From Anaerohalosphaeraceae bacterium (lineage in GTDB: Bacteria; Planctomycetota; Phycisphaerae; Sedimentisphaerales; Anaerohalosphaeraceae): DNA of 64,000 nt. The notes under the pieces were generated by a model. That model was not told the DNA's origin. It ran no database searches and was given only the letters and a program-made list of their open reading frames with translations. Positions 58,461 to 64,000 of this stretch are shown piece after piece; the first letter of the stretch is position 1, and each line of letters begins with the position of its first letter. The position numbers were made by a program, and so were the translations under genes. The stretch covers positions 3,221 through 67,220 of the forward strand of contig JBDKVE010000298.1 in the NCBI GenBank assembly GCA_039679345.1, in the 5' to 3' direction.

Positions 58461-58513
58461 GCGTGTTTTCGTAGTTCTATGTTAACATTTAACGCTTAAC
58501 ATTAAACATTGAG
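58461..58513 (+). repeat. GT-rich box + TTAACATTAAACA tract
   Basis: gcgtgttttcgtagttc..ttaacatttaacgcttaacattaaacattgag. It shares the exact 13-mer ttaacattaaaca with 60496..60508. Confidence 0.6.
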
Positions 58514-58619
58514 TATGCTGGAAGCGGATAGCTGACCAGCGTCCTGATTCGGTGAATGCCCTGACAAGTTGTCCATGTTAAGATGTCTTGGCAGGCTTAT
58601 ACTAAACTTGTATGGAAGT

Positions 58620-58700
58620 GTGTCCCAGAGTCGCGGCTATGTAATTTCGATGCATGCTGTGACAATCCGCAGGGCAATATCATACTTGTTAAGTATAAAA
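58620..58700 (+). repeat. Conserved intergenic element, copy 2 (palindrome ATACTTGTTAAGTAT at 58682..58696)
   Basis: See 47900..47985. Confidence 0.6.
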
Positions 58701-58804
58701 GGGCTTCATTAAAAATATGGTGATTAAGCCGGGGCTGTCCCGGCTGTCTGCATGCGGACGGTGTTGTCCGCAGCGAATGACTATTTTAATGAATGGAGGT
58801 AACA

Positions 58805-60175
58805 ATGAAACGGTGTCTGATGATGTGCTGTCTGAGTGTCTGTGTCTCGTTAGTCAATGCCGATTGGCCCCGTATTGACGTGTGTATCAATCCTTCAAAA
58901 CAGGAAGGCCCCGCCATCGATGGCAATCTGGTGGCATGGTCGGATCAGCGAAGCGGAACACTCAATGCCGATATTTACGGCAGGCTGCTTCCTGATGTCA
59001 ACGAATTGCAGATTTGTACGGCCGCCGGCCATCAGACCCGTCCCGCCGTCAGCGGACAGCGGATTGTCTGGCAGGATGCCCGCAGCAAAAACAATGATAT
59101 CTATCTTTTTGATATGACTGCAAACGCCGAAATTCCCATTTGTACCGATGCCGCCAGTCAGGAAAACCCCGATATCAGCGGCAGCATCATTGTCTGGGAA
59201 GACTATCGTGGTGGCAATATGGATATCTACGGATACAACCTCAATACAATGACCGAATTTGTGATTTGTACAGATGCTGCCCTTCAGTATCAGCCCGTCA
59301 TTTCGGGGCATATTGTTGTCTGGACTGACCTGCGTAATGGTAATCAGGATATCTATGGATACAACCTGCTGACCCATCAGGAATTTGTGATTTGTACGGA
59401 TTCCGCTAATCAGCTCAATCCCGATATCAGCGGCACAATTGTCGTCTGGCAGGATGAACGAAATCAGGCATCTACCGGCCGGGATATTTATGGGTTTGAC
59501 CTGTCGGGTGCCGGCGAATTTGCAGTGTGTGTGTCTCCCGAATATCAGAATTTCCCGGCCATCTGCGGGGATTATATCGTCTGGCGTGATTATCGCAACA
59601 CCGCTGCCAGCGGCTATGACATCTACGGCCTCAATCGCAAGACACAGACAATCATGGAAATCTGCACCGCCGGCGGCGAACAGGCGTATCCCGTCGTTTC
59701 GTCGCGATATGTGGTCTGGCAACATGGTGAAGATGTTGTCGGCGCTGAACTGCCGATTCATTCGACCGTTACGGTGATCTATCCCAATGGCGGCCAGATG
59801 TTTCTGACCGGCTCTCTGCAAACGGTTCAGTGGAAGACCGAAGGGGACCCGATTGATGAAGTTCGGATCGATTTTTACGCTGACAACGGCCAGGGCTGGC
59901 AGATACTGGCAGAAGCTGTCGCCAACACAGGCACCTGTCAGATTACACTGCCGTCGGGGATTCATTCCCAGCAGTGTATGATTCGAGTGCGTTCAACGGC
60001 CAATCTGGATGTCAGTGACAGCAGCGATGCCGTCTTTACCGTATTTCAATGTGCCCAGACCCTGACGGCGGACCTGACCGGTGATTGTTTTGTCAATCTG
60101 GCCGATTTTGCCGTCTTGGCCGACCAATGGCTGACCTGCGGCAATCCTTACGATCCATCCTGGTGCCAACAGTAG
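58805..60175 (+). CDS. Secreted beta-propeller repeat protein with Ig-like domain and dockerin-like C-terminus
   Basis: The start is taken at MKRCLMMCC (SD ggagg). About 6.5 repeats of roughly 42-47 aa follow the consensus Q..P.ISG..IVW.D.R.GN.DIYGYNL.T..EF.ICTD. The C-terminus has ADLTGDCFVNLADFAVLADQWL. Confidence 0.85.
   Translation: MKRCLMMCCLSVCVSLVNADWPRIDVCINPSKQEGPAIDGNLVAWSDQRSGTLNADIYGRLLPDVNELQICTAAGHQTRPAVSGQRIVWQDARSKNNDIYLFDMTANAEIPICTDAASQENPDISGSIIVWEDYRGGNMDIYGYNLNTMTEFVICTDAALQYQPVISGHIVVWTDLRNGNQDIYGYNLLTHQEFVICTDSANQLNPDISGTIVVWQDERNQASTGRDIYGFDLSGAGEFAVCVSPEYQNFPAICGDYIVWRDYRNTAASGYDIYGLNRKTQTIMEICTAGGEQAYPVVSSRYVVWQHGEDVVGAELPIHSTVTVIYPNGGQMFLTGSLQTVQWKTEGDPIDEVRIDFYADNGQGWQILAEAVANTGTCQITLPSGIHSQQCMIRVRSTANLDVSDSSDAVFTVFQCAQTLTADLTGDCFVNLADFAVLADQWLTCGNPYDPSWCQQ
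58901..59752 (+). repeat. Intragenic tandem coding repeats (propeller blades)
   Basis: The blades begin at QEGPAIDG, QTRPAVSG, QENPDISG, QYQPVISG, QLNPDISG, QNFPAICG and QAYPVVSS. Confidence 0.8.
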
Positions 60176-60270
60176 CACGGAGCGCAAGCGACGTGATTTT
60201 AATTGAAAATCAAAAATTGTAAATCCCGTTAATCCTGTCAAAACGTATCGTATGATAGATTTGTCAGTGC

Positions 60271-60343
60271 ACCATGAAGTCCATGAAGATAGTGAGGGAA
60301 TAAAATATACAGTTCTCTTCCTGTTCTTCATGTCCTTCATGGT
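60271..60343 (+). repeat. 19-nt inverted repeat (accatgaagtccatgaaga / tcttcatgtccttcatggt) with 35-nt spacer
   Basis: Arms at 60271..60289 and 60325..60343, with 17 of 19 positions complementary. It lies about 100 nt after the propeller gene stop. Confidence 0.7.
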
Positions 60344-60463
60344 AAGAAACCAATAACCAACAACCAATAACACATTGCGTTGTTTATATTGGTGTGAAAA
60401 ATTAATTTCTCAATTTTCAATTTTAAATTCTCAATTACCTGTAGCTGTCTGCTGGAAACTCTT

Positions 60464-60530
60464 TTCGTAATGTTCGTGTCTTTCGTGGTAAAAAATTAAC
60501 ATTAAACACTAAACATTGAACACTAAAATC
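60464..60530 (+). repeat. GT-rich box (ttcgtaatgttcgtgtctttcgtggta) + A/C-rich tract (attaacattaaacactaaacattgaacactaaaatc)
   Basis: The GT box is about 70% identical to 60318..60345 (ttcctgttcttcatgtccttcatggta). The A/C tract shares ttaacattaaaca with 58496..58508. Confidence 0.6.
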
Positions 60531-60570
60531 TATAACTCTTAATCGCTCAAAGCTAAACAGGTTAATAACT

Positions 60571-61497
60571 ATGAGAGTATTAATCACCGGCGGTGCCGGC
60601 TTCATCGGCAGCCATATTGTTGAACATTTTCAGGGCAAGGCGGACATCGTCGTCCTCGATAACTTCCGCTCCGGCTTCAAAAAGAATCTGGCTGGCCTGC
60701 AATGCCGTCTGATTGAAGGCTCGATTACCGACCCCGCCGCTGTACGCCAAGCCGTTCAGGGGGTGGATTATATTTTCCATCTGGCCGCGATGATCAGTGT
60801 CCCTGAGTCAATGACCAAGCCGCGAGAATGTGTCGAGATCAACACGCAGGGCACATTGATTGTGCTGGAAGAAGCCGCCCGCGCCGGCGTAAAGAAGCTG
60901 TGCCTGAGTTCTTCCGCGGCTGTCTATGGCGATAATCCAAAACTGCCCAAAACCGAAGATATGCTGCCCGAACCGAAAAGCCCGTATGCCGTCACCAAGC
61001 TCGATGGCGAGTATTACTGTCGGATGTTTCACGATGAAGGCTGGCTCAAGACCGCCTGCATGCGGTATTTCAATGTTTTTGGCCCGCGTCAGGATCCCAA
61101 AAGCCAGTATGCCGCGGCCGTGCCGATATTCATTGATAAGGCGGTCCGAAATGACCCGATTACCATCTTCGGCGATGGCCTCCAGACCCGCGATTTTGTC
61201 TTTGTCAAGGATGTGGTCGCGGCCAATGTCTTTCTGGCGACCCGGCCGGACTTGACGGGCGTATATAATGTAGCCTGCGGCGGAACCATCACAATTAAGG
61301 AATTGGCCGAAAAGATTGTCGCCCTGACCGGCAGCCGTTCGGAAATCTGCTTCGCACCCGAGCGTGCAGGAGACATTAAACATTCAAAAGCGGATGTGAA
61401 TAGGATAGAATCAGCAGGTTTTGCTCCGATGAATCGATTTGAAGATGGACTAGGTCGGACAATTGAGTTTTTTAAACCAAAACCCCATCAAGATTAA
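60571..61497 (+). CDS. NAD-dependent sugar epimerase, WbpP/TviC-like (UDP-GlcNAc(A) 4-epimerase)
   Basis: 308 aa. Contains ITGGAGFIGSHI, LDNFRSGFKKNL and SPYAVTKLDGE. Confidence 0.8.
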   Translation: MRVLITGGAGFIGSHIVEHFQGKADIVVLDNFRSGFKKNLAGLQCRLIEGSITDPAAVRQAVQGVDYIFHLAAMISVPESMTKPRECVEINTQGTLIVLEEAARAGVKKLCLSSSAAVYGDNPKLPKTEDMLPEPKSPYAVTKLDGEYYCRMFHDEGWLKTACMRYFNVFGPRQDPKSQYAAAVPIFIDKAVRNDPITIFGDGLQTRDFVFVKDVVAANVFLATRPDLTGVYNVACGGTITIKELAEKIVALTGSRSEICFAPERAGDIKHSKADVNRIESAGFAPMNRFEDGLGRTIEFFKPKPHQD

Positions 61498-61596
61498 TGA
61501 TATAAGGATAGCAATCATCTTGTTATTTATTTCTTATAATTTAAAAAAGAGTCTAAACACAACTAAAATCAAGGAATAAATACAAGGTTTAAAACG

Positions 61597-63576
61597 ATGA
61601 ATCACAAAACCTTCAATGTTGCCGCCGTATCAGTATTAGTTGTCTCCACAGTGTTTCTTGGCGCGGTGTTCTTTTGGCCGGATTCGCCAAAGAATGCCGA
61701 TGCCTCTGTCCCGGCAGCCGTCGCTTCGCAAGGTTCCTCCAGCAAGCCCGTCGCGGTTTCTGAGCCGGCAGTGCTTGCCCAAAAGGATAATCCCGACATC
61801 GACCAGGTGCAGGAGGCGGTTGAGTATGCAGAGGACTACGCGGCACTGAATACTCTCAACGAATTTCCTGTCATCGAAATCAGCTCCGACGACTCCGGGA
61901 GTTCCTCTAATTATGCGTCTTCGCCGACCATAACAGACGATAGCTCCGGTTCGTTTTCGTTTGATGTCTCATCGTTGTCTTCCTCGGGCGGCTCTTCGGG
62001 CAGCTCCGGGGCGACTGCATCCCTTGCCACAGGCGGCGGCGGTGGTGGCGGCGGCGGCGGTGCGTCCTCCGGCGAATCCTCTGAAGGCGATGCGACCCAG
62101 CCCACAGACACCACCACCGATACCCAGCCGGATACACCTGCTGTTGATCCCGGCACGTCTGGTGGCGGGGGAGTCCCTGACACCACAAATGATTCTGAAC
62201 TTGCAAGTCCGGTTATAGCTCCTATTATGCATGAGGAGTACTTTGATGGAGAACGGGAATTATTTGGTTATTCGCCTTTTTTCCAACCTGGGGTTGTTAC
62301 CTTTGACACATCGAACAGGCCAACTATACGTTCTGGACAAGTTCTGCAAACACTACGAAACGAAGAATGGTCAGAATTTAATTGGTACAATAAGGCCGAT
62401 TATTTGGGGGCTGTTACTGGGCCTTTCGTGGATGAACGTGTCGTATTTGATAAAGAAGGCTGTGCATACACATTAGTCACTGGTGGAAGTTCTCAGTCTG
62501 GAAAAACAGTCTATTTACTCTTTTCACCTGACTATTCTTCAAATCCTGAAGCACCAACATGGATAAGATACAAAATTGCCACTGACAAGGTGGCAAGATT
62601 AGAATTTAATGATACTTGGAACCTGAAAGAGTATCCTCCTGCGATACTTCTCTATGAAGTGAAGAATGATACTGACATTTTGCAGTTTGGTTTAATTATT
62701 CCGAAAAAAACTTTCAATACACTTTCATTTGGCGAGTTCATACCAATAAGCACAACGTCGGTGTTTAACCTTCAGGCTGGCGGTGCAGGGAACTCGGTTG
62801 TATCGGTCGGAAACAAGATACATGTGGTTTATCCTGAGCAGGGGAAAAATACTCCTCAATATGCTCGCACGTATGATCGAATTCTAAAAACTCTTTCAAA
62901 TCCTGTTTTGATTGGTTATGGGTATACGAATAATGATGGATCGTCTGATCCCCACTGTATCCCCGTGATCTCGGCAGATAGTCATGGGTATTTACATGTA
63001 GTCACAGGTGCTCACAATGCCAAATTAACTTATACAAAATCAACGGTGGCCAACAGTACTCAGGATGGATGGTCTGTGCCTTACAACATAGGGGATGACT
63101 TTGATGCCGGGTATGTTGACTATTATACGTATGTTGCTATGGTTTGTGACAAAAACGATACCCTTCACATCGTAACGCGGTATTATGGTGAGGGGGGAGT
63201 CGGAGGCACTTACCATACGGGCAAATATTGTCTTGCTTATATTAGCAAAACAAAGAATGGACAATGGGAAAATCCGAAGTTCCTGGTTGTACCATTCCAT
63301 TATGCTTACAGTCATTATTACCATAAACTTAATATCGATCGCCAAGGACGGCTTTTTGTGAATTACTGGTACTATGCTGATAATTTTACACCTGAAGAAG
63401 TAATGGCTTATAGAGCAAAATGGCCTGACGAAAGGATTGTGCCCGAAAGCGATTTTGTTAGTGGAAGGCGTTATTATCAGGGGCAGACATGGCATGATCC
63501 GGTTATATTGATGTCAGACAATGGAGGGACTTTATGGCGTATTGCTGTTACTCAGGACTTTGATGAAAATTTGTGA
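61597..63576 (+). CDS. Membrane-anchored hypothetical protein: Ser/Gly/Thr-rich linker + C-terminal globular (possibly BNR_4-like propeller) domain
   Basis: 659 aa. N-terminal TM (VAAVSVLVVSTVFLGAVFFW). Low-complexity region of about 150 aa including G10. The C-terminal part contains HCIPVISADSHGYLHVVTGAHNAKLTYTKS. The family assignment is tentative. Confidence 0.7.
   Translation: MNHKTFNVAAVSVLVVSTVFLGAVFFWPDSPKNADASVPAAVASQGSSSKPVAVSEPAVLAQKDNPDIDQVQEAVEYAEDYAALNTLNEFPVIEISSDDSGSSSNYASSPTITDDSSGSFSFDVSSLSSSGGSSGSSGATASLATGGGGGGGGGGASSGESSEGDATQPTDTTTDTQPDTPAVDPGTSGGGGVPDTTNDSELASPVIAPIMHEEYFDGERELFGYSPFFQPGVVTFDTSNRPTIRSGQVLQTLRNEEWSEFNWYNKADYLGAVTGPFVDERVVFDKEGCAYTLVTGGSSQSGKTVYLLFSPDYSSNPEAPTWIRYKIATDKVARLEFNDTWNLKEYPPAILLYEVKNDTDILQFGLIIPKKTFNTLSFGEFIPISTTSVFNLQAGGAGNSVVSVGNKIHVVYPEQGKNTPQYARTYDRILKTLSNPVLIGYGYTNNDGSSDPHCIPVISADSHGYLHVVTGAHNAKLTYTKSTVANSTQDGWSVPYNIGDDFDAGYVDYYTYVAMVCDKNDTLHIVTRYYGEGGVGGTYHTGKYCLAYISKTKNGQWENPKFLVVPFHYAYSHYYHKLNIDRQGRLFVNYWYYADNFTPEEVMAYRAKWPDERIVPESDFVSGRRYYQGQTWHDPVILMSDNGGTLWRIAVTQDFDENL
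62042..62071 (+). repeat. (GGY)10 trinucleotide tract encoding Gly10
   Basis: ggcggcggcggtggtggcggcggcggcggt. Confidence 0.9.
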
Positions 63577-63646
63577 TTAATGATTAGGGGTTCCTTTAAT
63601 AATTCATTCGGAGGATAAAGGAATCCTCTTGCACTTGGTGGCCGTT

Positions 63647-63693
63647 GGCAAAATGAGCTTTATTATTCCAATAAAGCTCATTTTGCCTTCTTT
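63647..63693 (+). terminator. Strong terminator after 61597..63576
   Basis: A perfect 17-bp stem, ggcaaaatgagctttat (63647..63663) pairing with ataaagctcattttgcc (63671..63687), with a 7-nt loop, followed by ttcttt. Confidence 0.8.
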
Positions 63694-63861
63694 GCCAGAG
63701 GATGAAGATAGTCTCTTTGCCGCTCAATAGCATTTTTTAGAGCCACCCTTAAGCTGTCATTGGTACAAGAGTTATATTGAGGAGAATGTACCCGATACAT
63801 TATTCTTTGCTGAACTGCTTATGAAGTATATTTTGGATAAGGAATAACAGGAGGTCTTGTA

Positions 63862-64000
63862 ATGATTTGCGTTTTATTTTTACTTTTGCTTTTATCTTTT
63901 GGCGTACTGGTTTTTCAGACCGGTGTAATGTCGGCATTTTTGATATTTACAGCATTCATAGTTTCTCTTTTTGGGGGCGTAATTCTTATAAGGCGACAAC
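63862..64000 (+). CDS. Integral membrane protein, N-terminal fragment (runs off window)
   Basis: The ATG is preceded by aggagg. MICVLFLLLLLSFGVLVFQTGVMSAFLIFTAFIVSLFGGVILIRRQ.. is open to the window end. Confidence 0.55.
   Translation, partial: MICVLFLLLLLSFGVLVFQTGVMSAFLIFTAFIVSLFGGVILIRRQ

Noticed and set aside
58901-59752. Regularly spaced ~130-nt repeats, which could be mistaken for a CRISPR-like array.
   Set aside because: They are in-frame coding repeats (propeller blades) with diverged nucleotide sequence. There are no spacers or cas genes.

Overview
The window is chromosomal and carries no rRNA, tRNA, CRISPR array or transposase/integrase that I could find. The gene content suggests a PVC-type (Planctomycetota/Phycisphaerae- or Kiritimatiellota-like) polysaccharide degrader: PEP-CTERM tails of the VPAPGA type, sulfatase, many glycoside hydrolases, LamG and dockerin-like modules. 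That taxonomic guess is inference only.

Layout:
- 1-13.5 kb, housekeeping: hisI; an hpf-ptsN-HPr-ptsI regulatory PTS; DUF2344-RNase G; and kdsD-kdsC followed by a 986-aa membrane-anchored LptC/LptA-like giant.
- 13.6-31 kb: CAZymes (GH2, GH78-like, DUF4965/glutaminase-like) interleaved with an EF-G paralog, glgP, a CaCA antiporter and phosphomannomutase.
- 31.1-37.5 kb, the accessory hotspot: six monocistronic PEP-CTERM secreted-protein genes plus one relic tail. Each has its own promoter-sized spacer and hairpin terminator.
  - Four of them (two A/B paralog pairs) carry a lone invariant Cys and a downstream Gln in contexts resembling internal Cys-Gln thioester adhesin domains.
  - Two non-homologous members share a conserved promoter plus a ~200-nt leader.
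- 37.9-48 kb: a 1174-aa GH128-like multidomain protein, prfB with its programmed +1 frameshift, sulfatase, pepA and an NPCBM-GH27 alpha-galactosidase.
- 48-64 kb: folE-PTPS, then a nucleotide-sugar precursor locus (ugd, UDP-GlcA epimerase, gmd, fcl, wbpB/D/E/A, wbpP-like). Short intergenic repeat families punctuate it, and it also holds a beta-propeller repeat protein and a Gly/Ser-rich membrane-anchored protein.

Most long antisense ORFs in the supplied track are shadows of real genes.
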